Shown here in pieces: positions 12,549 to 26,618 of a stretch of DNA of 64,000 nt; the first letter of the stretch is position 1; each line of letters opens with the position of its first letter. The DNA comes from Paraspadella gotoi (Eukaryota > Animalia > Chaetognatha): contig CM119271.1 of assembly GCA_051294375.1 (NCBI GenBank), forward strand, positions 2,576,412 through 2,640,411, in the 5' to 3' direction. Below the pieces are notes generated by a model. The model was given only the letters and a program-made list of their open reading frames with translations. It ran no database searches and was not told the origin of the DNA. The position numbers and the translations under genes were made by a program.

Positions 12549-14831
12549 TCTCTCTCTCTTTATCGAAAATAGAAAGGGCCGTTGTAGTATTACCCCGTGA
12601 GGGGAACTGCATGGGGTGGGGGGGGAGCAAGTTCCGCCGAATCAACTTGTGTTTACTTATTAAACAATGACAATGACGACGACGACCACGTGGAACGGGA
12701 GGGGAAAGGGTCCGTGTCAACTCAGCGCTTGAGACAGTGAGAATTTGGATGGACGCATTCCTGAAGACGACAACCGTGACGAATTTGAAAGCCAATTGAC
12801 GACGAACGACGACGAACGGACTATAATAAACGAGGGACTACGACGACTCCCAAGATATTTATCCTTTATCGGTACCTTCTCATAAAACGACAAAAAAGAA
12901 ATAAGAAATTATATATACGAAAGGATTTGATTAATTTTTTTCGCTCCTAATAATCGTAAGATTCATTAATCGTATTTATCGCCTTTTCGTCGTCGTAAAC
13001 GTTCGTCGCCTTCTTGGTTGTCGTCGTTGTTGTTGTTTATTGATGTTCTGGTCATCATCGATATGGCCTGAATTTCGTTCGGTCGTCGTCGTCGCATCGG
13101 ACTTCATGCCACTCGGGGAAAAGAAAAAAGTTTTGAAAAGGATTTATATCGTCAAAGTTTTTTCTTTTGACTTTAATCCTTTCATTTTCGGCGACTTTAT
13201 TTGAGGTTCGGATTCATTTTATTATTTTCTTTATTTAAATATTTAATGTTTATTTGTTATTTTTTTTCTTTTTCAAACGGGAGAGGTTTTTTTTTAATGT
13301 TTAAAAACAACCAAATTTATTTTTTTAAAAATCGGACATGTTTCGGTGGACAATGTTCTTTTTTTTTTGCCGTTTATAATGTTCAATATCTTTTTCTGGT
13401 TTTTTTGCGTCTTTTTTATGCTTGGTCTTTTCGTAATTGTAATGACGGGGGGGGGGGGGCGGGCCCCGTTTTTGCTGTTTTTTTTAAAAAAGGGGTTTTT
13501 TAATTGCATCTCGAAAGGAATTCATTGCTAAATTTTACATTATTTTTTCGTGCGATTCGTTTATAAATATAAAACTTTTGCTTCCAATCTAAAATGAAAT
13601 TGAGTTGTTGATCTTGTATGATAGTATAGAGAATTTCTATTACGTCTTTTCTTTTTTTTTTTCTTTTCTTTCTATTTCCTTCGTCCCTTATTTCTTTCCT
13701 TTTTAATTTCCTTTCTTTCTTTTTCCCTCTCCCCTTTTTTTTCTTCCGTATTTTCTATCTTGGCGTCCGTGGACCCAATTTCTGGCCTTCGATGTCAAAA
13801 AAAAAACTCGTAAAAAAGTATTCTAAAATAAAAAAAAACAATAAAACCACTAAAAAATTACATAATTCGATGCAAGAAAGAGGGAATAATGTTTGTTTTT
13901 TACGATTTGCCGCAACTTTTATTGTTGGATCTTCGAACTTTCAGAATCTTGGATTAGATTTAGAAGTTAGAAAAGATCTGATTAAATATAGAGAAGTTTT
14001 AGAATAGGACCAAACTGATTAAATAACATTGTCAGCTTTTGTACACGACGATGTTATTAAAAATAGATAATATATTATAATTTTTATTCCGGTATTTAAT
14101 TTACCCACCATCTTAAAAATCGGTTCATATTTTTTTAAAATTTTAAAAAAAAAATTGATAAAAATATTACGTAATTCATATTCCAAAAATAAAGGGTTCA
14201 TTAATGTCGCCATCGGCGACCCCAAAAAGAAAAAACAAAGCGAAAAAAAGAAAACTTCTGAAACGCTTGAATTTATTCATTTGAGACTGACATCGACAGA
14301 GCTGACAGTTAATACGTCTCGTCGAAAAAGATTCAGCGTCTGCGGTTGAGATGGACTCATTTACCCCCCCCCCCGCCCTCTTCAAGTTTTTTAGCCTTTT
14401 CTTTTGGTTACGAGTTTTAAATTCCCCCCCGCATCCAAAGAAAAAAAAAAATCATTGCGGGCGGGCCGACAAAATATTGGGTGGGACTCATTAAGCAGGG
14501 ATATATTCCCAAGGCCATTGACTTACCTTTAAAAACGCATATGACGATCATATCTCATAGGACTTATGAGAACTTGCTCTTTGGGTAGATCTGTAGGAAA
14601 GAGAATCATAAAGTATGCACAAGAAAGTATGATACAGTAAAATACTTAACATATTCCACTTGCGAATAACGGAAGAAGGCTGAAATTGGGTACCATTCTC
14701 CCAGTTGCTTCGCGATTGACTGTGCCACAAAGACTTTTTTGACTGATCAAGAAATTGTTTCAATCATTATAAATTTTAACTTACCCTTTGACTGACCTCA
14801 TCCCCTAACCCCCGCCCATTTATTTTCCCAG

Positions 14832-14965
14832 GCGCCGTCCGTGCCAGCTTGCTTCGTTGCCTCGACCCGCCCAATGCAACGCGCGGCACTGATTGGCGTC
14901 TCTTGGCTCACAAAACTCCAGTGGACAGATACGTCAACTTTTTCGCACCAAACCGAGTCCAACGG
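14832..14965 (+). CDS. unc5: UNC5 death domain exon 1, copy 1 (other copies 22428-22561, 28587-28718)
   Basis: Consensus [43 protein letters not shown] resembles UNC5 [34 protein letters not shown]. gtgagt donor. Confidence 0.9.
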
Positions 14966-15488
14966 GTGAGTGGAAATAGGGGTGATGTAGTAATGATAGT
15001 AATGATTTAAATGACAGCAAGGATTTTAGTAATAATATTTTGTAGGTGGTGGGAAAAATAATTAAAAAATGAGGAAACTTCCCGCGACTGGAGTACATCT
15101 GCATGTTCATTTAAGAATTAAAATATAATTGTGAATTAAATAATTATTTTTTTTGCTCCTCTCCATTCCTTCTCTGTATCCCTCCTCTACGCTTCTCTTT
15201 TCTTTCTATTTTCTTTCCTCCAACCTCTCTTCTTTCTTCTTTCTTTCTTCCCCATTTCTTCTTCTCCTCAACCTCTCTTCTCCTCTCTCTCACTTCCCTT
15301 CTCTCATTCCTTTTCCATCTTCCCCTCTCTTCCTCTCTCCCCTTTCTTCAATCTTCCTCTCTTCTCTCCTCTTCCTTCTCTATTCTTCTTTCCTTCATCC
15401 CCTCTCCTTCCCTTTTCCCCCTTACCACTCTCCATCTCTTTCCCCCTTACCCTTCTCTATCTTCCCCCCCCACCCCCTCCCCCCTTAG

Positions 15489-15624
15489 ACGCCATCTTGG
15501 ACTTTTGGGAGGCGCGCCACCGAGAGGAAGGGGCTGATGTGATCTGCTCAACGTCTTGCGATCGATGGATTCGATTCGACGCCGCGGGATGTTTGGGGAG
15601 CGCCACATCGGTTCGTGGTTGTGA
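15489..15624 (+). CDS. unc5: UNC5 terminal death-domain exon, copy 1 (other copies 23033-23172, 29138-29271)
   Basis: Consensus DAILDFWEARHREEGALMDLLNVLRSMDRFDAADVLERHIGSWL* resembles UNC5 VILDLWEAR..DGDLNSLASALEEMG. Confidence 0.9.
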
Positions 15625-17008
15625 CGCGCCATCTAACGGGTTTTTCACGTCGAACCTCGTGGCGCGCGTCCCATCCGTTTCCGTTAAAAAGGCGACGTCA
15701 AATTCCGACGGCCAACTTCGGCCTCTTTCCGACCACGCGGCGCTTTAAGACGCGTTCGCATCGATTAAAAAAAAGAAAACTCGACCAATCCGCGAAAACC
15801 ACAGTGTGCTGCGATATTATCGTTGTTATTGACTGATCATTTAAGAAAAAAACCAACCGAAAAACAAACAAAAAAAACATGGACAACGCTTCGTTTCTGA
15901 AAGAAAACGATGAACGAAACAACTACGAAAACCAGGAATGAATTTTTTTTAAGATCACCCTATCAACCCCCCCCGACCGCCGCTTTTGCCATTTTACCCC
16001 AACCCCCCCTTCCCGCCCTCTCTCCGCCCCAACCCCCAATTTCGGTTGTTCCCCTTTATTCCCGCTCGTCGATTTAGATTTAAGAGATATTATTACTATT
16101 TATTATTTACTCGCGAAGTAAATGTTTTTTTTTAATAAAACGAGACAAAAAAAAACACTGTTTCGTTTTTGGATTTGTTTTTTAAAAATTTTGTTTTCGC
16201 TTCTCATTGATTTTTTTTTTTTTAATTGCGTGTGTTTTATGTATAGCAGGATATAATTATTGTTACCTTTCGGTGCGCGCGCATTATGTCTATGTTCCCG
16301 ATTTAGAAAAAAAAAATAAACAATCAAAAAAACAAAAACAAATTTGACAGCTTTCTTTCTTTTTCTTTACGCGGCTTTTTTTGTTTTTCTTTACTAAAAT
16401 TCGTCGACCTTCGAGCGAGCTACTTAAGTCGTCCACACTCCGTTTCTCCTTTGCTTTTCCTATTTCATACGAAGACCTGATTCCGGATTTGTTTCTTATA
16501 TTGTCCTTTTACATCCGGGGAAATTTTAGTTGAAGTCTTGATATTAAATCCGTCAGTGATCACGTTTTTGCCTGCGAGTCAAATTTATTTTTTATAATTT
16601 TATCTTTTTATTTCTTTTTTCATAATTTCATTATTAGCGATTTTAGATGTGATTCTCATTCCATATTTTTTCGGGGGTGAGATTTTACCTACCTAAGTTG
16701 ATGAGACAATGATTACGAAAGAGAGAGAAAGAGAGTTATTAATGTTCATTTGTCTCATCGATCCGCGATAAGGGTATTAATCCGATTAGGCGTATAAATA
16801 CCGTGAGGACTCTCGAATTCCTTTTCAGAGTCATTTTCCGTTTTCTTTCCTTTTTCTCTTTCAGTCGATTAAATGAGCCAATATTTTCACTTTTTTAGTT
16901 GGAGGGAGTTTAGAGCAGAGAGCGAGTCAGAGAGGAGAGAGAGAGGTCAGTGAAGAGGAGAGAGAGAGAGTTAATCTTATCATTTTCTTTTTTCTTATCT
17001 CGCTCCAG

Positions 17009-17187
17009 GTTGGGCCTGTCGCCTGGCCGGCAACGTCCAAGAGATTCCCTTCGAACACATCTGGTCAGGCACCCACCCGGACATCCATTGCTCTTTTGTT
17101 TTGGAGCAGATCGATAGAGGCGCCCTTCAGCCTAACATCGCCTGTAAAATCAACGTCTTTCAGAAGCAGCAGCCTCAGCGGCGGCAG
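17009..17187 (+). CDS. unc5: UNC5 UPA domain exon, copy 2 (intact frame)
   Basis: (G)WACRLAGNVQEIPFEHIWSGTHPDIHCSFVLEQIDRGALQPNIACKINVFQKQQPQRRQ resembles UNC5 WRSKLLAKYQEIPFYHIWSG..LHCTFTLER...CKICV. gtgaga donor. Confidence 0.88.
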
Positions 17188-17335
17188 GTGAGAGGTTTTT
17201 GCTANNNNNNNNNNNNNNNNNNNNNNNNNTTGTTGGTTGCTTTTTAGTTATTTGTTTTATCTAATGGACAAAGATATTTGCTAGGCAAGCTAACATTTAC
17301 TTGGGCCATTAACTTTGAAAACCTATTCATTTTTT

Positions 17336-17416
<81 letters not shown>

Positions 17417-18383
17417 CTCTCTTCTCAAAAACCTAACTCCTTTAAAAAAAGCCGCCGCTCCTCTTTTTGCCTCCGCCGCCATTTCCCGTCCTGCAAATGT
17501 AATCACTCATTGCGCCAATTGTTTTTGATGCCCGGGACGGGTGTTTTTTTTTTTTGCTTGATTCGTGGGGGAGCGAGGGCAATTACAAGAGCGGAATGAT
17601 CGGCGGAGATTCGTAATTACGTATCGAGATGGAACATCGTTCCAGTTGGAGGTGTTGAATGCGGGGAGTGAGGATGAGGAGGAGGAGAGGAAGAAGAGGA
17701 GGAGGAAGCTTGTAATGGAATTTCGTTATCATCGATTTGTCCGCCCTCTCTTCTCTCGCTCCCCCGCCTCCTTTAACTGGCATTTATGTTGATGACGTCA
17801 TTTAAGGGACCATCGAAGTCAAATATTTAGTCCGATAGAATTTCTTTTAAGGAGCGAATAATTTTCATTTCGAGTTGTGCCACTTAAGAAGGGAAAAAAC
17901 AAAGGCTTAAGGGGATAGGGGGGTGGGAGAGAGATTAGGGATAATATAAGGGGAAATGAGTGCGTTGATTTAGTAACCTTTTTTTCGTAAAGTCGATTAA
18001 CGATGATTTTTTTTCGATATCGAGGACGATGATTAAAAAAAGAATCGCTGTGGACATCAAGCTTGATTATTAGGCTTCTTTTATTTATAAAAATATTATT
18101 TTTATTTTGTGATTCATTCAAGCTATTTTTCTTTAATTTTTTTTATTCTTTATGAGATTAAAATATAAAATATCACAAACAGTTATTATATTTAAAATAC
18201 GTCTTAAATAGTTCGTGCGTATCCCTCCCCCTCCTAGCCTCTGTGGGGAGAGAGGGGAGTAGTCCTAATTTTTTTTTTTTTTTATGTTCGCCATTCGTTT
18301 CACTAGTAGTTTAATTAGCCAATTATCTTGGCAAATCGAATTTTTTTCCTATATTTTTGCGCCTCTCTCTTCTCTCTCTCTCT

Positions 18384-18415
<32 letters not shown>

Positions 18416-20097
18416 CTCTTTTGATGCGATAAGCGTAAAAGCCGAGATGACAGCTGAAAAATAAGTCGTTTAGCAGACGAGAAGCCCGGGTCCTGAGATC
18501 GCCGCTCTTGGCATTATTTTCCTTTTTTCTCTCTCTTTCTCTTTCTTCCTCTTTCTCTCATCTGTATCTCTCTTCCTCTCTTGTTTCTATTCCTCTTTCT
18601 TTCTTTTCTATCTCTTTTTCTTTCCTCCTTTATTTCATTAAACAATCCTTTTCTCTATCTCCCTTTGCTCTTTTCATGCGTTGTATATCCTTTTACCCTT
18701 ATCATTTTCTTCAAATCTTTTTTTTAAAATTTTTAATCTTTTTAATCTCTTTTTAATCTCTTTATAATCTCTTCCGTCTCTCCCTCTCTCATCCGGGACC
18801 CACCATATCCCTCCTCCTCCTCCTCCTCTCTCCGCTTCCTCCACACAATCACTCCATTGTTTCCCCCCATTTCATCCCCGCTTAACCGCCCCCTCTCATC
18901 CCCCCCGCCAGGTGTTGAACGTCGCCACCAACGCTCTCGCCATCCCAGAGTCTCCACATCCGGGAGTCAAGAACTCCGGACTCGACTGTTTTCGTCGGTC
19001 GGGTTCGTCCCTCGTCACCCTCGACCCGCCCTGCGCCGTCTTCCGGCTGCCTGGTAGTGCATATTAGTTGGTTGCTCGATGCTCATTTGTTAAGAAGGGA
19101 AAATCCTCAATTTAAGTGACTATTAGAGCCGCCTTCAGGAAAGTCCTAAAATATCTAAAAAATAAGACGGAATTCCGATGCAGTGTGTGGGCTAAGAAAG
19201 TTATTGTCATCGTGCCATGTCATGTCAAGTCATGTCATGTCACGAAAAATACATGTGATAAGGCAGTCACTGCGGCGCAACACACTTTGAATTACCGTTC
19301 TTTTTTGGTTTTTGTTATGTTTTCTTTTAATCTTTCTGTTTCTGTTTTGCTTTTTTTGGTCTGTTTTGTAGTTTTAAGTTTAATTTTTTTTCTTAGTTTT
19401 ATTTGGTTTTTGTTTGTTTGTTTTGTTTCTTTTAGGGTTAATGAAGAAAAAATTAGCTTAACTTAAATGGACATGTTATTGTTTATACTTACATAACAAC
19501 AGTAGCAAACATCAAATTATAAAACATTACTTATAACCGATTAACTCAATTCATTCAAAAAACACATTAAGCACCGAAGGAATTAAACCAGACCTAATTT
19601 TATGACGTCCTTCATTTTTTCAACTGAAAATTCTTTGACCCGCGAGAAGTTTTTAATTCGCTTTTACAAAAAAATGGTTCATCTCGTTAAATATGTACGC
19701 GAACTCGTTAAATCCCGAAGTTTCTATATTACCGATTTCGTTTTTTTTCCTACTTTTTTTTTTTTTATCGTCCAAACAACAACATCCGATACAACGGACG
19801 AAGGGACTAAAAACAAACAAACGAACACAAGAGACACTAGAAGCGGAAGCAAAGCCCGGGAGAAAAACGAAAACAAACGGGAAATGACAACGAGGCGGAG
19901 GCCTCGATCCCACCTTTACTTAAGGGGGAACCGGTGACGACGGACCTTGGATTTAAGCGGGATTACAAGTAAACTGGATTTCGGCGGAGGGAAAGAAACA
20001 CAAAGAAATACTTTAGGTTTTTTCTTTCCTTTTTTTTTCCCTTTTTTTTTTAGATTTCTTTCCAATTTGATGATCCCCCTTTATGACCCGAAGGAAT

Positions 20098-20184
<87 letters not shown>

Positions 20185-23100
20185 TTATCGAAAATAGAAA
20201 GGGCGTTGTAGTATTCGTCCCGCTGGGGGAACTGCATGGGGGGGGGGGGAGCAAGTTTCCGCCGAATCAACTTGTGTTTACTTATTAACAATGACAATGA
20301 CGACGACGACCACGTGGAACGGGAGGGGCGAAAGGGTCCGTGTCAACTCAGCAGCTTGATGACAGTGAGAATTTGGATGACGCATTCCTGAAGACGACAA
20401 CCGTGACGAATTTTAAGCCAATGACGACGACGACGATGACGACGAACGACGACGACGACGGACTATATAAACGAGGGACACGACGACTCCCAAGATATTT
20501 ATCCTTTATCGTACCTTCTCTAACGACAAAAAAAAGAAATAAGAAATTATATATTACGAAAGGATTTGATTTAATTTTTTCGCTCCTAATAATCGTAAAT
20601 CATTAATCGTATTTATCGCCTTCGTCGTCGTAAACGTCGTCGCCTTCTTGGTTGTCGTCGTCTGTTGTTGTTTATGATGTTCTGGTCATCATCGATATGG
20701 CCGAATTCGTCGTCGTCGTCGTCGTCGTCGTCGCATCGGATTCATGCCACTCTGGGGAAAAGAAAAAAAGTTTGAAAGGATTTATATCGTCAAAGTTTTT
20801 CTTTTGACTTTAATCTCTTTTCATTTTCGGCGACTTTAATTTGAGGTTCGGATTCAGTTTTATTTTTTCTTTATTTAAATATTTATGTTTATTTGTTATT
20901 TTTTTTCTTTTTCAAACGGGAGAGGTTTTTTTAAAAACAACCAAATTTATTTTTAAAATCGGACATGTTTCGGCTTGAAGAAATGTCTTTTTTTTTGTTT
21001 ATAATGTTCAATATCTTTTCTGGTTTTTTGCGATCTTTTTTTGCTTGGTCTTTTCGTAATGTAATGACGCGGCCCCGTGCTGTTTTAAAGGGTTTTTAAT
21101 TGGCATCTCGAAAATATTCATGCTAAATTTTACATTATTTTTCGTGCGATTCGTTTAAAATATAAACTTTTGCTTCAATCTAAAATGAAATTGAGTTGTT
21201 GATCTTGTATTGATAGTATAGAGAATTTCTATACGTCTTTTCTTTTTTTTTTTCTTTTCTTTTATTTCTCTTCGTCCCTTTTTCTTTTCCTTTTTAATTT
21301 CCTTCTTTCTTTTTCCCTCTCCCTTTTTTTTCTTCCGTTTTTCTACTTGGGTCCGTGGACCCAATTTCTGCCTTCGATGTCAAAAAAAAAAACTCGTAAA
21401 AAAGTATTCTAAAATAAAAAAAAACAATAAAACCACTAAAAAATTACATAATTCGATCAAGAAAGAGAAAATGTTTGTTTTTTACGATTTTGCGCAACTT
21501 TTATTGTTGGATCTTCGAACTTTCAGAATCTGGATTAGATTTCAGAAGTTAGAAAAGATCTGATTAAATATAGAGAAGTTGTTAGATAGACCAAACTGGA
21601 TTAAAATAACATTGTCAGCTTGTGTACACGACGATGTTATTCAAAATAGATAATATATTATAATTTTTATTCCGGTATTTAATTTACCCACCATCTTTAA
21701 AAAGCGGTTCATTTTTTAAAAACTTTTATAAAAAAATTGATAAAAATATTACGTAATTCATATTCCAAAAATAAAGGGTGTCATTAATGTCGCAATCGCG
21801 ATCCGCCAAAAAAAAAAACAAAGCGAAAAAAAGAAAACTGCTGAAACGCTGAATTTATTCATTTGAGGACTGACATCCGACAGAGCTGACAGTTAATACG
21901 TCTCGTCGAAAGATTCCGAGCGTCTGGCGGTTGAGATGACTGCATTACCCCCCCCCCGCCCTCTTCAAGTTTTTTAGCCTTTTCTTTGGTACGAGTTTTA
22001 AATTCTCCCCCGCATCAAAAAAAAAAAATCATGCGGCGGGAGACAAAATATGGGTGGGACTCATTAAGCAGGATATATTTCCCAGGCCATTGGACTTACC
22101 TGTTAAACAACGCTTGACGAATGCATATTCCATAGTACTTATAGACTGGGAGACTTGCTCTTTGGGTAGAACTATTCTGTCAGTGAAAAGAGAATCATAA
22201 GTATGGCCACATGCAAGAGTATGTATACAGTGAAAATACTTAACATATCCACTGGCGAATCAACGGAAGAAGGCTGAAATTGTGGTATCGATTCTCCAGT
22301 TGCTTGGCGCGATTGACTGTAGCACAAAGACTTTTTTTTGACTGATAAAAATTGTTTCATCATTATAGAAATTTTAACTTACCCTTTGACTGACCTCATC
22401 TCCTTACTCGCGCCCTTTATTTCCCAGGCGCCGTGCCGTGCCCAGCTTGCTCGTGGCCTCGACCGCCCAATGCAACGCGCGGCACTGATTGGCGTCTCTT
22501 GCTCCAAAACTCCAGGTGGACAGATACGTCAACTTTGTTCGCACCAAACCGAGTCCAACGGGTGAGTGGAAATTAGGGGTGATGTAAGTAATGGATGTAT
22601 GATTAGATGACAGCAAGATTGAATTTAGGTGGATATAAATAGGAAACTCGTGATAATAGTTCATTTAGATAAAATTTGAATTAAATAATTATTTTTTTTG
22701 CTGCCCTCTCCATTCCTCTCTATCCTCCTCTAGCGCCTTTTCTTCTTTTGCTCTCCTCCAACCTCTCTTCTTTCTTCCTCTTCTGTTTTCCCCATTTCTT
22801 CTTCTCCTCAACGTCTCTTCTCCTCTCGTCTCACTTCTCCTTCTCTCATTCCTTTTCCATGCTTCCCGCTCTCTTCCTCTCTCCCCTTTCCTTCAATCTT
22901 CCGTTCTTCTCTTCCTCTTCCTTCTCTATTCGTTCTTTCCTTCATCCCCCTCTCCTTCTTTTCCGCCCTACCACTCTCCTCTCTTTCCCTACCCGCTTCT
23001 CATCTCCCCCCCCACCCCCCTTCCACCCTTAGACGCCATCTTGGACTTTTGGGAGCGCGCCACCGAGAGGAAGGGGCGTGTGATGGATCTGCTCAACGTC

Positions 23101-24553
23101 TTGCGCTCGATGGATTTCGATTCGACGCCGCGCCGGATGTTTGGGAGCGCCACATCGGTGTCGTGGTTGTGACGCGCCATCTAACGGGTTTTTCACGTCG
23201 AACCTCGTGGCGCGCGTCCCATCCGTTTCCGTTAAAAAGGCGACGTCAAATTCCGACGGCCAACTTCGGCCTCTTTCCGACCACGCGGCGCTTTAAGACG
23301 CGTTCGCATCGATTAAAAAAAAGAAAACTCGACCAATCCGCGAAAACCACAGTGTGCTGCGATATTATCGTTGTTATTGACTGATCATTTAAGAAAAAAA
23401 CCAACCGAAAAACAAACAAAAAAAACATGGACAACGCTTCGTTTCTGAAAGAAAACGATGAACGAAACAACTACGAAAACCAGGAATGAATTTTTTTTAA
23501 GATCACCCTATCAACCCCCCCCGACCGCCGCTTTTGCCATTTTACCCCAACCCCCCCTTCCCGCCCTCTCTCCGCCCCAACCCCCAATTTCGGTTGTTCC
23601 CCTTTATTCCCGCTCGTCGATTTAGATTTAAGAGATATTATTACTATTTATTATTTACTCGCGAAGTAAATGTTTTTTTTTAATAAAACGAGACAAAAAA
23701 AAACACTGTTTCGTTTTTGGATTTGTTTTTTAAAAATTTTGTTTTCGCTTCTCATTGATTTTTTTTTTTTTAATTGCGTGTGTTTTATGTATAGCAGGAT
23801 ATAATTATTGTTACCTTTCGGTGCGCGCGCATTATGTCTATGTTCCCGATTTAGAAAAAAAAAATAAACAATCAAAAAAACAAAAACAAATTTGACAGCT
23901 TTCTTTCTTTTTCTTTACGCGGCTTTTTTTGTTTTTCTTTACTAAAATTCGTCGACCTTCGAGCGAGCTACTTAAGTCGTCCACACTCCGTTTCTCCTTT
24001 GCTTTTCCTATTTCATACGAAGACCTGATTCCGGATTTGTTTCTTATATTGTCCTTTTACATCCGGGGAAATTTTAGTTGAAGTCTTGATATTAAATCCG
24101 TCAGTGATCACGTTTTTGCCTGCGAGTCAAATTTATTTTTTATAATTTTATCTTTTTATTTCTTTTTTCATAATTTCATTATTAGCGATTTTAGATGTGA
24201 TTCTCATTCCATATTTTTTCGGGGGTGAGATTTTACCTACCTAAGTTGATGAGACAATGATTACGAAAGAGAGAGAAAGAGAGTTATTAATGTTCATTTG
24301 TCTCATCGATCCGCGATAAGGGTATTAATCCGATTAGGCGTATAAATACCGTGAGGACTCTCGAATTCCTTTTCAGAGTCATTTTCCGTTTTCTTTCCTT
24401 TTTCTCTTTCAGTCGATTAAATGAGCCAATATTTTCACTTTTTTAGTTGGAGGGAGTTTAGAGCAGAGAGCGAGTCAGAGAGGAGAGAGAGAGGTCAGTG
24501 AAGAGGAGAGAGAGAGAGTTAATCTTATCATTTTCTTTTTTCTTATCTCGCTC

Positions 24554-24586
<33 letters not shown>

Positions 24587-26273
24587 CCTCCTCTTTTGAT
24601 GGATAAGCGTAAAAGCCGAGATGACAGCTGAAAAATAAGTCGTTAGCAGACGAGAAGCCCCGGGTCCTGAGATCGCCGCTCTTGGCATTATTTTCTCTTT
24701 TTTCTCTCTCTTTCTCTTTCTTCCTCTTTCTCTTCATCTGTAACTTTCTCTTCCTCTCTTTTTTTCTATTCCTCTTTCTTTCTTTTTCTATCTCTTTTCT
24801 TTCCCTCCTTTATTACATTAACAATCCTTTTCTCTATCTCCCTTTGCTCTTTTCATGCGTTGTATATCCTTTATACCCTTATCATTTCTTCAAATCTTTT
24901 TTTAAAATTTTTAATCTTTTAATCTCTTTTTAATCTCTTTATAATCTCTCCGTCTCTCCCTCTCTCATCCGGGACCCACCATCTCCCTCCTCCTCCTCCT
25001 CCTCTCTCCTCTTCCTCCACACAATCACTCCATTGTTCCCCCCATTTCATCCCCGCTAAACCGCCCCCTCTCATCCCCCCCCGCCAGGTGTTGAACGTCG
25101 CCACCAACGCTCTCGCCATCCCAGAGTCTCCACATCCGGGAGTCAAGAACTCCGGACGTCGACTGTGTGTTCGTCGGGGGTGTTCGTCCCTCGTCACCCT
25201 CGACCCGCCCTGCGCCGTCTTCCGGCTGCCTGGTGAGTGCATATAGTTGGTTGCTCGATGCTCATTTGTTAAGAAGGGAAAATCCTCAAATTTAAGTGAC
25301 TATTAGAGCCGCCTTCAGGAAATCCTAAAATACTAAAAAATAAAAGACGGAATTCCGATGCAGTGTGTGGGCTAAGAAAGTTATTGTCATCGTGCCATGT
25401 CATGTCAAGTCATGTCATGTCACGAAAAATACATGTGATAAGGCAGTCACTGCGGCGCAACACATTTGAATTACCGTTCTTGTTTTGGTTTTTGTTTATG
25501 TTTTGCTTTTAATCTTTCTGTTTCTGTTTTGCTTTTTTTTGGTCTGTTTTGGTAGTTTTAAGTTTAATTTTGTTGTTAGTTTTATTTGGTTTTTTGTTTT
25601 GTTTGTTTTGTTTCTTTAGGGTTAAATGAAGAAAAATTAGCTTAACTTAAATGGACATGTTACTTGTTTATACTTACATAACAACAGTAGCAAACATCAA
25701 ATTATAAAACATTACTTATAACCGATTAACTCAATCATTCAAACACATTAATCACCGAAGGAATTAAACCAGACCTATTTTTATGACGTCCTTCATTTTT
25801 CAACTGAAAATTCTTTGACCCGCGAGAAGTTTTTAATTCGCTTTTACGAAAAAATGGTTCATCTCGTTAAATATGTACGCGAACTCGTTAAATCCGAAGT
25901 TTCTATATTACCGATTTCGTTTTTGTCCTACTTTTTTTTTATCGTCACAACAACAACATCCGATACAACGGACGAAGGGACTAAAAACAACAAACGAACA
26001 CAAGAGACACTAGAAAGGAAAGCAAAGCCCGAGAAAAACGAAAACAAACGGAAATGACAACGAGGCGGGAGCCTCGATCCCACCTTTACTTAAGGGGGGG
26101 AACCGGTGACGACGGACCTTGGATTTAAGGGGATTACAAGTCGAAACTGGATTTCGGTCGAGGAAAAGAAAACACAAAGAAATACTTAGGTTTTTTCTTT
26201 CCTTTTTTTCCCTTTTTTTTTAGATTTCTTTCCAATTTGATGATCCCCCCTTTATGACCCGAAGGAATATCTT

Positions 26274-26356
<83 letters not shown>

Positions 26357-26587
26357 TAATCGAAAATAGAAAGGGCGTTGTAGTATTTCGTCCCGTGGGG
26401 GAACTGCATGGGGGGGGGGAGCAAGTTTCCGCCGAATCAACTTGTGTTTACTTATAACAATGACAATGACGACGACGACCACGTGGACGGGAGGGGCGAA
26501 AGGGTCCGTGTCAACCTCAGCTTTGATGACAGTGAGATTTTGGATGACGATTCCTGAAGACGACAACCGTGACGAATTTTAAGCCAA

Positions 26588-26618
<31 letters not shown>
